A stretch of 64,000 nucleotides of DNA from NCBI RefSeq assembly GCF_009914755.1, contig NC_060945.1; one strand, written 5' to 3'. The notes under the pieces were generated by a model. It worked only from the letters and a program-made list of their open reading frames with translations, was not told the origin of the DNA and did no database searches. The translations under genes and the position numbers were made by a program. Below are positions 1-14,250 of this stretch, piece after piece; position 1 is the stretch's first letter, and each line of letters begins with the position of its first letter. Source of the stretch: the human T2T-CHM13v2.0 reference genome, Homo sapiens.

Positions 1-518
1 AAAAACATTTCTCCCAGGAAAATGGTGGAGATTAATGGCACCACTGAAGTCTTCGACAATTAGGGTTGTGATCTCCATCAGATTTTGATTTAATTCACCA
101 GTCTGACACTACTAAAAGTAGGTGGAACACAGCGGTTAACAGTGGACTACTATAAATAATCAAGTAGTAGCCTCCATGAAACTGCTATGTCAGACGTGGC
201 AGGGCAGAAGAGAGCATGGTTTCTAGCATCTGCAATAAGTTTCATGATCTTATGAATGGATACATTTTTATCACTATCAGAAGAGAGCATCAGAAATTGT
301 TCTCAGCAAGGTGAAATTGACAAGAGGATAAATTTATTATATTGTTCCATGTCTACATTCTCACTCTTTGTTATAATTTAGTCCTGTTATAATTTAGACT
401 GAATAGTCCAGAGAGCATTACAATAGGTCACTATATTGATGACACGATGTTAATTAAACCAGATAAGCCAGAGGTAACAAAATGTTGGAGAACTTAGTAA
501 GAAACATTGGCTCTAGAG

Positions 519-1079
519 TGTATGGATGATGGACTAGCACTTAAGGTGGCCCTTGGGATCCTTACCTGATGGTATTTTTGCTTCTTTGTAATCACTTCCC
601 CTTGAGCCTGAGCAGGTCTGAGATTTGCTACTAATAAATAGGACATGGCAAAGGTGACAGGTTGTCAGTGATTACACGTACAAGACTATGTTACATACAA
701 TTTTTGGAACTCACTTGCTAAAGACTTTTTTCTTTCTCTTGCTGACTTTGAAGAAGAAATTTGTCAGGTTGTTAGCTTTTTGTGGAGTTTCAGATGCAGG
801 AACTGAAGGAAGCATCTGGTTAACAGCCAGAGAGACACCAGAGCTCTTGGTATCACAACCTTCAAAACCTTGAACTTTCTCAACAACCACATGAGCTCAG
901 AAGAGGACCCCAAGGCCTTAGATGAGACTACATTTCCAGCCAACAGACCAATTATAGTCTCAATAGAGCAGACATCTATGTCATGGCCAGACACCTAACT
1001 CCCAGTAAAATAATAAATGCATGTTTTAAGCTGTTAAATTTGTGCAAATACTGTCACTAAGTGACAGATTGTTAATACA
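519..1079 (+). mobile_element. MaLR MLT1-type solo LTR inserted in ERVL pol
   Basis: Typical MLT1 motifs (ATGGCAAAGGTGAC, AACAACCACATGAGC, CAGCCAACA, AATAAATG..TTTTAAGC..TAAATTTG); ends TAATACA. Confidence 0.75.
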
Positions 1080-1162
1080 GCAGAAGATGAACACTCAAAA
1101 GATCTAGTGACCCAACATATTGGTGAGGTTTTAAAAGATCTAGTGATCTTGGGAAGAGGGAG

Positions 1163-1302
1163 AGATTGACAAACATTTTTATATGAGCCAGATAGCAAAT
1201 ATTTTAGCCTTTGCAATACGTAAGTTCCCTATTAAAACTACTCAATTCAGCTGTTGCAATGCCAAACAAATAGAAAATACACAAGCAAATGAGTGTGCTG
1301 GG
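1163..1302. mobile_element. MER58A-like hAT-Charlie fragment
   Basis: GCCAGATAGCAAATATTTTAGCCTTTGC...AACTACTCAATTCAGCTGTTGC matches recalled MER58A. Confidence 0.7.
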
Positions 1303-2060
1303 CATGATGTCCTACCTAAAATAGGGAATAAATGTGTAGGTTTCTCATTTCCCAATGACAAAAAGTCAGCTATATAATATGGTCTATATAGTATAGTCTT
1401 GGATCTATATTACTTTGTATAACTCTTCAAGTTCTGAAGGCATCAATGTTCTACAGTTGTTAATAATGTTAAAAAACCATTTACCACATAGCATGAGAAA
1501 TCCTGGCCCCCAACTTTGTGTGAGGCCTAGAGTAGGAAAGTCCAGTCCAGTTTGCAGTACAAGTAGCCCTGCCTCTTGACCTAAACTTTATATTACTAGA
1601 ATGTTCTGTGGTTTGAAAGGTGGTAAGTGGAATTTATGAGGTAGCCTTAAATCAAAATGTAGTCCCTTAGGGTTCAAGGCCATGTCATCTGCATCAGAAA
1701 AGTATACAACATTTGAAAACCAGCTCCTAGAATGTGGGCCCACGTTCAGACGGAGCACCTAACAATGGATCATTAAAATACTCTGCAGTGGAGAATACCA
1801 TAGGAGCTAGTTCTGTTAGATCCACAAAGGCATAGATCAAATGGGTAAGATACAATTCAGGATTTGGTAGAAGTGTTATATCTGGTGTCAGACATGAGCA
1901 GAACCATGGGGCCTAGGTATCATTTGTAGCAGGAACCCCACATGTCACCATCGCTGCTTCACTAGTGCCTCTACCACTGCTCATTTCCATGGCTTTATAG
2001 GAGATGCTTTATGACCAGATGATGGAGGATGTAAAAAACCTAGCTTGGCACAAAGATGAG

Positions 2061-2131
2061 TCAATAAGTGTGTGTAATCCATAAATAAGTGTGCGTAATC
2101 CATAAGCTCAATAAGTGTGTGTAATCCATAA
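2061..2131. repeat. Three-copy ~21-26 bp tandem repeat (ATAAGTGTGTGTAATCCATAA)
   Basis: Directly visible; one substitution in copy 2. Confidence 0.9.
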
Positions 2132-2969
2132 ATGGATGTGGTTGTACTACAGCTCTCACTTGGGAGAACTTGGGAGACTGCTGTGGGATTATGGCTTCCC
2201 AAGGTGCTGTGATGAGCAGTGCATTTGGTCATCAAATATAGAGGAAAAGACAACAGGCACATGGTAAATATATAAATACACTGACTGGTAATAAATAGTG
2301 CCCTGACCAGTTGGCCATAGACCTTAAAGGAGAATTAAAGATTAGAAAAATCCAGGAAAATAAAGTAAGAGGAGGAGTCATATTAGATGGAATTGTGAAA
2401 ATATTCATGAAGTGTGAATATCTTTTTAGCTCATTTTTTTATAGACACCTGAAATGATTAACCAGAAGAAAGCACTAAAAAATTAGTCAGGATGTCAGGA
2501 CAACTTATTTATTTGACATCAGCCAACTTCTATCATCTGCCACCACATGTGCCATAATGGGTGAGTGAATGAAATAATTATTATGTCATAGATGAAGACA
2601 TAATAACCTGTGTTTACTCACCAAGACTAATCTAGTTGTTGATACCACTGAATGTTCAACCAGCTATCCACAGAGACCAACCCTTAGTCCCTAAAATGAA
2701 TGTTCGTCTTTGAGACAAACTATCTACTCACTAGCCAGTTGATTACACTAAACCCCTTCAACACTGGAAATGATCATTTACTATTTTTACTGGAAACAAC
2801 TTGTATTCTAGATACAGGTTTTTCTTTCCTACCTGTAGCAACTTGCTTAGTTCTACTAACTGAGGAATTACAGAGAGTTTTGCTCAACAACCCAGGATTC
2901 CACATAACATCGTATAAGATTAAGGGATCCATTCAACAGCAAGGAGAAGGGAGAGGGAGTTTTAGGTAG

Positions 2970-3398
<429 letters not shown>

Positions 3399-3935
3399 TA
3401 AGGACAACTTGTGATGATCAGGCATCTTCCAGGTTAAACTGTATACCCTTAATTATGAGCCTGTCGATGATTATCTGTTCTACATCTACTATGCAGAATA
3501 CATGCACCTAGAAATAAAAGGGGAGGGGGAGGAAATGAGTGACCACTTAACATTGATCAAGTGGCACACATGGGGAATTTGTTCTTTTTACAAGTCCAGA
3601 TTTCTGGTCTCCAGAGGGAAAATGTTTCCACCATTGGATACAATAAGACTCGTCTTAAACTTTTCTAGAAAGGGCCTTAAACCCCTTAGTGATGAAGGCT
3701 TGAGTTACCTCAATAGTCATACCACCTACATGAGCAGAGCCGCTAACTCAGGGCAAGTGAAAACTTGAAGTTAGGTGACCAGGCAGGTGATGAGTATCAA
3801 AAATGGCTTCAAGATCAACTGCAGCAGCATAGCCTTTAGTCCCTTCCATGAAACATAAGAAAGAAACCTAGAGTAGCTCAGTTTAGGACAAATATTAAAA
3901 GATACATGTGACTATGAATGATGCAAGGGGTGGAC

Positions 3936-4870
<935 letters not shown>

Positions 4871-5619
4871 TACTTATTTCTGATGGCTTCAAATAAATTT
4901 TTTAAGAAGTATATTGCTCCATTTTTCAGGGTCATGAGTCTAATTTACCAAATTTTAAAGCAAATATTTTATATTCAGCTACACAGATAAATTTAATTTG
5001 TAATTTGAAATGCACTCCACAAAATGCTTGTTGATAAAAATCCATTATAAGTTAGTTGGTACCATGTATTTATAAATAAATGGTAGATTATCTCCTTTCT
5101 CCATAAATTACCATTTTAATAGAGTATTTGACAACCCTGAGAGATTAAACCGTTTGTATACAATTTTCAATTCTTTTGTGATTTTTAGTAATAATTTTTA
5201 AAGAAATATTAACAAAATGGTCTTTACTAACTAAAATATGTGCAATACTATTTCTTTGTCTTCTGAAATTAATGTGTAGGGAAGAAATGTCAAATTCCAA
5301 AACTATCTTAATCTAATACATTAAGTGATTATTTAAAAATCATTTTAATCAGAATTATCACTCAGTGTATTACATGTCCTAATATCTTCTCACCACCTAT
5401 TTTTGCCCCCTTGGCAAAAATAAGAAAAGACAGAAAATGAGGTCCTTTTATACTGAAATGAAAACTTCAAAGGTGTTATTGACCGTTTCACATCACATCA
5501 AGACTATATTGATTCTGGTCCAGACAAACTATTGGTAATCAAGAGCAAGTTTAGAGTGATTGTAGAAGATGTGAATTTTTCTACGTCAGCAAAAGAAAAA
5601 AAAAAGGCTAGTCAGGTTT

Positions 5620-6305
5620 ATTATTTTATTTTATTTTATTTTATTTTATTATACTTTAAGTTTTAGGGTACATGTGCACAACGTGCAGTTTAGTTACATA
5701 TGTATACATGTGCCATGTTGGTGTGCTGAACCTAGTAACTCGTCATTTAACATTAGGAATATCTCCTAATGCTATCCCTCCCCCCTCCCCCCACCCCACA
5801 ACAGGCCCCAGTGTGTGATGTTCCCCTTCCTGTGTCCATGTGTTCTCATTGTTCAATTCCCACCTATGAGTGAGAACATGCAGTGCTTGGTTTTTTGTCC
5901 TTGTAATAGTTTACTGAGAATGATGGTTTCCAGCTTCATCCATGTCCCTACAAAGGACATGAACTCATCATTTTTTATGGCTGCATAGTATTCCATGGTT
6001 TATATGTGCTGCATTTTCTTAATCCAATCTATCATTGTTGGACATTTGGCTTGGTTCCAAGTCTTTGCTATTGTGAATAGTGCCACAATAAATATATGTG
6101 TGCATGTGTCTTTATAGCAGCATGTTTTATAATCCTTTGGGTATATAACCAGTAATGGGATTGCTGGGTCAAATGGTATTGCTAGTTCTAGATCCCTGAG
6201 GAATTGCCACACTGACTTCCACAATGGTTGAACTAGTTTACAGTCCCACCAACAGTGTAAAAGTGTTCCTATTTCTCCACATCTTCTCCAGCACCTGTTG
6301 TTTCC
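5620..6305 (-). mobile_element. 5'-truncated L1PA (3' UTR and end of ORF2)
   Basis: TTATACTTTAAGTTTTAGGGTACATGTGCACAACGTGCAG; ORF 6000-6356 is the ORF2 C-terminus (CWWDCKLVQPLWK); TSD AGTCAGGTTT. Confidence 0.95.
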
Positions 6306-6733
6306 ACGAGTCAGGTTTTGTAAGACTTGTAGATGATACCTCCTTTGTAATGGCAATTTCAGAAGACATTGTGTTTATAAGTGTGGCATTGCCCAAGCAG
6401 CACACAAGAGTGTCAGTGCCAGAGATGTGTCCCCATCACTCACCTGCTTTGGGTGATGAGTTTTGCAGTTTCTATACAGACTAAATCTGCTACAGTCTCC
6501 TTCAAAAACCTAGAATTTCCTTGTTGCCACACATAATCTCTCTTTTGGTAGGATGATTATAAGCCTAACACCATAGGAAGTTCCTAATTTTGCAATTACA
6601 TTATTTTTTACCATGTAAAGTATGACTCAATTATCTACTGAAATGTCCATTTCTGAATTCTCATATATCCTTGTGAGGCAAAGAAATTATAGCACATTAG
6701 AGACCCAATATTTAATGAGGTCTAAAGCAATAA

Positions 6734-7069
<336 letters not shown>

Positions 7070-7249
7070 TGTAAATTGACTTTAATACTAACATAACATG
7101 TCAAAACACTGATAACCGCCAGCATTATTTTACAGATTATACATTATATTATATTATGCTATGTGTCTCTATTAGAGTATATACACAGTAGTATAATATA
7201 TACAAATATATATGCGTATATTTATACATACATACATATGTACACCTGT

Positions 7250-8160
7250 TTCAATCATTCATTTATTTTTTATTCATTAAAAATATTTATTAAAATACTA
7301 ACATGGGACAGGCACTGTGAGGTATCAAGTTACCAAGAAAGCCATGGTATCTGCCTTCACAAAATTTACAATTTAGTGAAGATGATAAGAGTTAATATTA
7401 TTAGAAAGACTATTACCAGCATATACTCGTCACCGGGTTAAATATTTCCTTGTATTATCTGATATAACCTTTAAAAGATTATTGGTCAATAATATAATTA
7501 AATCTTAGAAAGGAAACCTATCTAGAGTCTTTCAGTTAACAAACAGCATGAAACTAGGTTCATATTAACACAGTCTAGGTGCTCATTCCATAAACAAGGT
7601 CTATGGTTATTCAGACCAGAGACTGAGAATATTGAGCACCCTGGGCTCAATAATGAGCTCTAATAATATGAGAATATTTATTAAGCATCTTCAATGTACC
7701 AGAGACCATAACAGAAACTGGGAATAGAATAAATTAATAAGACAAGTTACTGATTTTTTTAGAACTTATACTCTAAAAAGAAAGATAGAGTAAACAAATA
7801 AAAATAATTTCAGGTACGGATACATTTTATGCATGGAATAAAGTGAGGTGAGTGTTAGAGAGATAATTTCAAGAAGGTTATTTTACATAGGGTTGTCCGA
7901 GGACTCCTCTGTAAGAGAGTAACATCTGAGAGGAGTCCCAAATGATGTGAAGATAGAATTTCTGTGAAAGCCTTGGTGGAAGATCAAGGAGACAGACCTG
8001 GAACTGGGAACAAGTTCCCTGTGTTTAAGGAGCACCAGGAAGGCCAGGGCCAACAAAGGTGAATGAGTGGAGAGTGATTGGAGATGAGCGACCCTCTTCA
8101 ACACAGGTTAAATCATATTGGGTCTTGTTGACAATGACAAATGGGTTTAGATTAGACTTA
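7250..8160 (-). mobile_element. L2 3'-region fragments
   Basis: TCATTCATTT..ATATTTATT..CAGGCACTGT and ATATTTATTAAGCATCT.. L2 tail motifs. Confidence 0.6.
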
Positions 8161-8743
8161 GAGTCAATAAGAACCACCATTGATCAATGGAATTGTTATG
8201 ACATTCAGCAAAAGGCTTAGTTATATCAGGGCAGAATGAAACAGCTATTGATTATAAAAATGGAAGTAAAAAAATAGGAGGAAGAAAGAGTCATGATCAA
8301 AATTATATTTCCTGGATTTGTGATAAACATTTCAGATGATTAATAATAAGAACTAATGAAGGTATTAATAATAATAATAACAGTTTGATGGAAACATAAA
8401 GTCAATTTATGTTAAAAATGCCATATTATCTTCTTTTGATCACATCATGCATACATGTGAAAAAAATATTTCATGACATTAAAAAAAGTTTGCAATGCAG
8501 AGAAGTACAAGATAATAATTTAAAAAACATAAAACAAAATAAAATCTTGAAACAGCAACTGAAGCCTGAGGATGGGGCAAAAGAGATAAAAGAAAACCTT
8601 AGAGTCCCACACACTCTGGACTTTCAGTTTTCATGCTCTAGAATGGGGCAGGAAATCTGAGATGGCAAGTAGTTGAAGGCAACTGCTCTTTAAAACTGTA
8701 GTCCAGGGCAGCAAAGTAAAGAGAAAGATCTCCCAAAGTGCAT

Positions 8744-9021
8744 GGCCGGGTGTGGTGGCTCATGCCTGTAATCCCAGCACTTAGGAGGCCGAGGCAGGTG
8801 GATCACCTGAGGCAAGAGTTTGAGACCAGCCTGGCCAACATGGCGAAACCCTGTCTCTACTAAAAATACAAAACTTTTCCAGGCGTGGCGGTGGGTGCCC
8901 ATAATCCCAGCTACTGAGGCAGGAGAATAGTTTGAAGCCAGGAGGTGGAGGTTGCAGTGAGATAGCGCCATTGCACTCCACCCTGGGCAACAGAGTGAGA
9001 CTCAGTCTCAAAAGAAAAACA
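8744..9021 (+). mobile_element. AluS
   Basis: GGCCGGGTGTGGTGGCTCATGCC...A-rich tail; TSD AAAGTGCA. Confidence 0.95.
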
Positions 9022-9231
9022 AAAAGTGCAGAAAGCTAGGGGTGGGATTAGAGAGCCAGAAAAATTCACCAACTACTCACAAAGTGGTTGTGGAGCAGAC
9101 TCAGTTATAGCCTGTTTTTTCTTGCTTATCATGTACTTTCTTTCTTCTTATTCACCATATGCCTTCATAATACACCAATTTGTATTTTCTGATAAATAAT
9201 TTTGTTTTTAAAAGAAAAAAAAGAAGAATAC

Positions 9232-9710
9232 CATGTTGCTTGAAACTCTCTGTTATTCTAGCTTTCAGTGTCAAAACAGCATAGAAAAAGGGTTGATCTT
9301 CGGTTGGTGTCATATGAAGCTGGATCTATTATCTGTCTCCCAATTCAGGTCAGGTGATAACTCAGTAATATGACGGGCGATGCCTTTGTCTTTTGTTGAC
9401 TTAGACAAACATTCTAAACCTGGCCACCTGATCCCTGAAATCAAAAAAGGACTCTATTGTTACTGTCTAATGTGTCATGGATTATTTAGATTTCTTGTTC
9501 TTGGTGAGATTTGCCTCGATTTTCCTGGCCATAAACCTGCCAGAATCTTCAATGAAACCAAGTTCCAGATACTTCACATGTTTATGTTCTGCAGTGTTTG
9601 GGTCACTTTCCTTCTTGTATGGCAGAGAAGGGGCCAGCCGTGGTAGCCATGAAGATTTTCCATTTCATTGTCTCTCAGGACTAGCTTATTATTGAGCTGC
9701 ATCTTTAGGG
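9232..9710 (+). pseudogene. Vomeronasal type-2 receptor (V2R/VN2R-like, class C GPCR) pseudogene, TM3-TM7 part of the last exon
   Basis: Frameshifted segments in V2R order: SVILAFSV (~TVVLAFKV), CLPIQV (~CSLIQV), FVDLDKHSKPGHLIPEIKKG (~PFxDxDxHSExGHIIIxCNKG), CVMDYLDFL..F..IFLAINLPES (~CVLGYLGSLA..F..AFLARNLPDT), [18 protein letters not shown] (~[22 protein letters not shown]), AVVAMKIF (~VMVAVEIF), LLLSCIF. Confidence 0.9.
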
Positions 9711-10394
9711 CCAGTTAGAAACACTCTATAAGGTTTACATAAGACAAGCACATTGTGATCAAAGTTCTGTAAATATTTACCTGGTAATTCCCCCAAAAAG
9801 TGAGAATTAAAAAAATAAACCAGGATATTCTTGCAGTAGGATAATGGGTTATATTCGAGTCCCTCTTACCCTTTCTACTTAAAAAATGTTGTTATTTTGT
9901 TTCTTTAGAGTGTCCATCCTCATCTTCGGAGCCTTTCAAACTTTACCGTTATCTTGCATTTCTTCTATTTTGCCTCTTATTGGTAAGGCAGACTGCATAA
10001 GGTACACATTTTAATATGGCTTTTCTTATGCTGATTTTAACTTACTTTGTATATTTATATATGAGTATACTTTAACCATTGTGGAATTTGTTTTTCTGTA
10101 CTGTATGAAATAAATATACATTTCTTTTATTGGAACAAATAGCCAAATTTAGAACTATTGAATGGATCACATGTTGTTCTGATTGGAAATTAAATTTTTA
10201 TCATTAAATTTTATTCTATACATAGACAACTGATTCTAAACTACTGTTTTGTTCCATTGATTAATTTGTTCCAATACTACTCTTGTTTAGTTATTATTGT
10301 GTACCTATACAACACTTTATCATAGTTTTTTAGTATGTTTTTATATCTGATCAAGAATGTTCTTCATTGTTTTCTGGTAATACATCCACTACAA

Positions 10395-10525
10395 ATAAAA
10401 GATAAATGTTTAAGATGATGGATATCCCAATTTTCTGATTTAATCATTATACATTGTGTGCAGTTATCAAAATATCACATGTAGCCCCAAAATACGTACA
10501 ACTATTATATAGCGATAAAAAGTTT
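10395..10525 (+). mobile_element. L1M(A) 3' end fragment, within older L1M-like debris (~10.0-11.0 kb)
   Basis: GATGATGGATATCCCAATT..TGATTTAATCATTATACATTG..ATCACATGTA.CCC. Confidence 0.7.
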
Positions 10526-12364
10526 AAAAACTTTATATTTGGAAGCTTAAAAAACAAAAGTAAATTTTATTTTTCTTGCCCATTTTCCCCTCCTATGAAC
10601 ATCAACATCATAACAGGGTCTACGAAATTTCTGTTGGGATTTTTAGTAACATTTAATTGAATATACAGTTTGACAGGGAGAAGACTGATTGCTTGAAATT
10701 AAAGTATTTCTAGTCACAGACATGACCTATCTCTCCCTCCCAAGAGTCAATTTATTTTTGTCACTTATTAGATATTTATACCTCTTCATATATAACTTAA
10801 AGATTTCATATCAAACCTATTTCTAAAAAGTCATCTATTTTTTTTCAACAAATAGGATCTTTCTATAAAAATATATAGGTCATTGTGACTTTTTGTTGTG
10901 ATGTTTTATTTTGGACATTGATATTGCATCTGACTTATTGGCTGAACTAATTTATAAGACCTACTATTGTGTCAGTTTATTGTTTTTGTAGATATTACAT
11001 GAAAATTGTGAAAATTTAGCAAAATAACCTAAAAAAGGCAAATAAGAATTCCAAAGGGAAGCAAAATTGTACTGCAACTGATAAATATATTTGGGAAGAT
11101 TTGATTATCAAGTTTAATTTTGTTAAATCTCTAATTACTAAGGTATTTTGTCCCAAAGTCATAATTAAAAAAAAATTGTGTGAGGGAAAGGTCATTTTTA
11201 CCAGATGTCACTTAAGGGCAGAGAGTACCTACAGCCCACTTATTCTTCTCTATATCATTTATGAAATGTTTCCCCAGATATTACCTTGTTTCAATTAAAT
11301 GCTATTAAATATGAAATACTGCAAGAATTTAAATTTGTCTGCTTTGTAAGCGTATACATGTCCATATGTTAATATATCTTTCTAGTTCTTATTCTTCTCT
11401 TGATAAAACAACAAAATAATAAAACAGCAATTTGAGGAAAAGCAGAAAAACACAAGTTCATGTGCAAAGCCCTTTCTGCTCTTCGTACTCTTATTAGCCA
11501 ATCTGTGCAGTCAAAATCATTGTCCCTCCTAAGAGGTGGTAAATGTGTTCCTGTTGTGTAAATAAACCAGGGATGGTGAGGTAACTGAGTCAAGTATTTG
11601 TAATGTAGCAACTCCATATTTTGTAGCTCAATTTTTTTAAAAAATTAGATTTTATTTCTAAGTGTCATTTGAATTTTGTGGAGAAAGCAAGCTAATTTAT
11701 TGGACTTTGCCCCATTCAGTACTGAAAGTTATTTTAATTTCCAAAATCATCTAAAACACTAATTGCAACTGTTAGAGGCTTGCTGTGTTTATTGTTACTG
11801 TAAACTCATTTAATTATTAGTTCCTTATAAATTGCAAATATTTATAGGGGTAGATAGCCATCTCTTAAGCTGCCTTTCTGTAGCCAGTAGAATGAACTAC
11901 ATACTATCAAAGGACCCAATTTGCAAAATATAATGAATTTACTATGCATTAAAGAAACTCTTCCTCCAGTAAGTTTTCCTCTGACCTGAAAATTACAAAA
12001 TATTACCAAAAACATTAAATTATCTTTCATATAATGACCTCCAAATAAGTACTTTTTTCAGACTCTGAAAAATATGCCATTTTGAAAAATGGTTTTTTTT
12101 ATTATGGTAAAATATACAAAACAATTTACACTTTAACCATTTTTAAGGAGACATTTTAGTGGCTTTGAGGACATTAATATTTTTACAATTAATTCATTTA
12201 TTTTAATTGACAAATAAGAATTGTACATTCTTATTATGTACATGTGCCAAAGACACTTAAATCAAGATAAAGTACATGTATTATTTCAGTCCATGACACT
12301 AAAGAGAGATATTGGTTGGAGGTCTGCTTTCTTGCCTTTATTATTATCTAACACCTTGTATCAT

Positions 12365-12515
12365 TAACATCACCTGGAGCTTATGAGAGCTGCTGAATCT
12401 CGAACCCTACCCCAGACCTACTGAATTAGAAACTCTGATGGTAGAAGCAGCAATGTGCATTCCCAACATCCCTACAAGTTATTCAGACAAACAATAAAGT
12501 TTGATAAACACTGGA
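12365..12515. mobile_element. MER5-type hAT MITE
   Basis: CATCACCTGG.AGCT..CCCCAGACCTACTGAATTAGAAACTCTG..AAAGTTTGA.AAACACTG. Confidence 0.75.
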
Positions 12516-13382
12516 CTAAGTAATGATCCACTCTTCATGAAGGAGCTTACATTCCTCGTGGGATGATATAAACAAATGGATACCTAACCAAGAATGGAAG
12601 TACAGGCATTACTTCTGAAAGAAAATAGTGTGGAAGAAAACAAAACCTCCTATTCTACTCTAGGTAGAATTCATTGACTCATTAATTTCAGGGGATACTA
12701 TGATAATAACTACTTATTTATTTATCTTTATTGCTGATTTACAAAGTAGTTTTCAGTTTACAGATGTGAAGGCTCAAAGAATTAAAAACTACATCAATTG
12801 CCAAAATCACACATCTAGAAATAAAAGTCAGTGTTTAAAACCCATCACCCCTGGCCCACCCACCTCTTGCAAAGCTACATTCCTTCTGCCAGATTTCAGG
12901 GCCTTCACTTCAAGACAAGCTTATGGCAACCTACAAAGACAATTTAAAAGGCCTGTTCAGAATAGATGAGACACTTGTCTGAGGATGGTTCTAGATGATT
13001 ATGTTATTTATAGTAGATGTATTGTTAGGTTGTTTTTTTCAACACACTTCATTTTCTTATGATTGTCATAGATCCTCAAAATCTCCACATAAAAGATCTA
13101 GCGTCCAAATTCCACTAAATTGTAACTGTTTGCTTGTCACTATTTCAACCCAGATCCTTTAGCACTGTAACAATCACTTTTTAAGAAACTAAAAAATTCA
13201 CTGAGATTTTCCTCCCTTGCAAAAACAATGCATCAACACACACATAAATATGTGTTCAACCAATATTGTTCATAAAAAGGCAGATCAGTTTCCTAAACAG
13301 AAAAATTATTGACCACTCTGGGCTCAATGCCTGTGAGGGTGGGGAACTCTGAACCTCACTCTTCTTCTCTTTGTATCATTAG

Positions 13383-13697
<315 letters not shown>

Positions 13698-14069
13698 GGA
13701 GACTTTTTATTTAATGATATTCCAAAGGGCTCATACGATTTGAATTAGGATTTTTCGGGGTGGATGCAAATCAGTTGGTCCCATCTTCATACCATCTCTA
13801 GCAATGTCCTTGTTTATTAATTCCACAATTTCTCACACTCGCTCCCCTTAACTGAGTTTTAGGAAAATGAATTTGTCTTTCCTCTTTTTATCCTTAGCCT
13901 AACCCATATGAGGTGCAATACCTTTCTGCTGAGTGAACATTACATAAAATAGTTTAATTCCTATTTTATAATTACTGTAAAAAAAAGAAAATTGAAAACT
14001 TCTGCTATTACATTGACAATATTCCTCTTCTACCTTGAGATTTGATGGATATAAAACACAAATACCCAG

Positions 14070-14250
14070 TGCTATTATGTTCTGATCATTTATACACTTA
14101 TTTTATCTTTATATCCATATAATGTAGGTACTGTTACCATCTCCATTCTACCAATGAGGAATGGAGACTCAGAATGGCTTTGTATACTGCCCAAGTTCAT
14201 TTATTCACTAAGCAATGGGGTCAAGATTTAATTTTGGCAGACTTGTTCTA
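14070..14250 (-). mobile_element. MIR fragment
   Basis: GTAGGTACTGTTACCATCTCCATTCTACCAATGAGGAA..GAGACTCAGA..TGCCCAAG MIR core. Confidence 0.7.
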
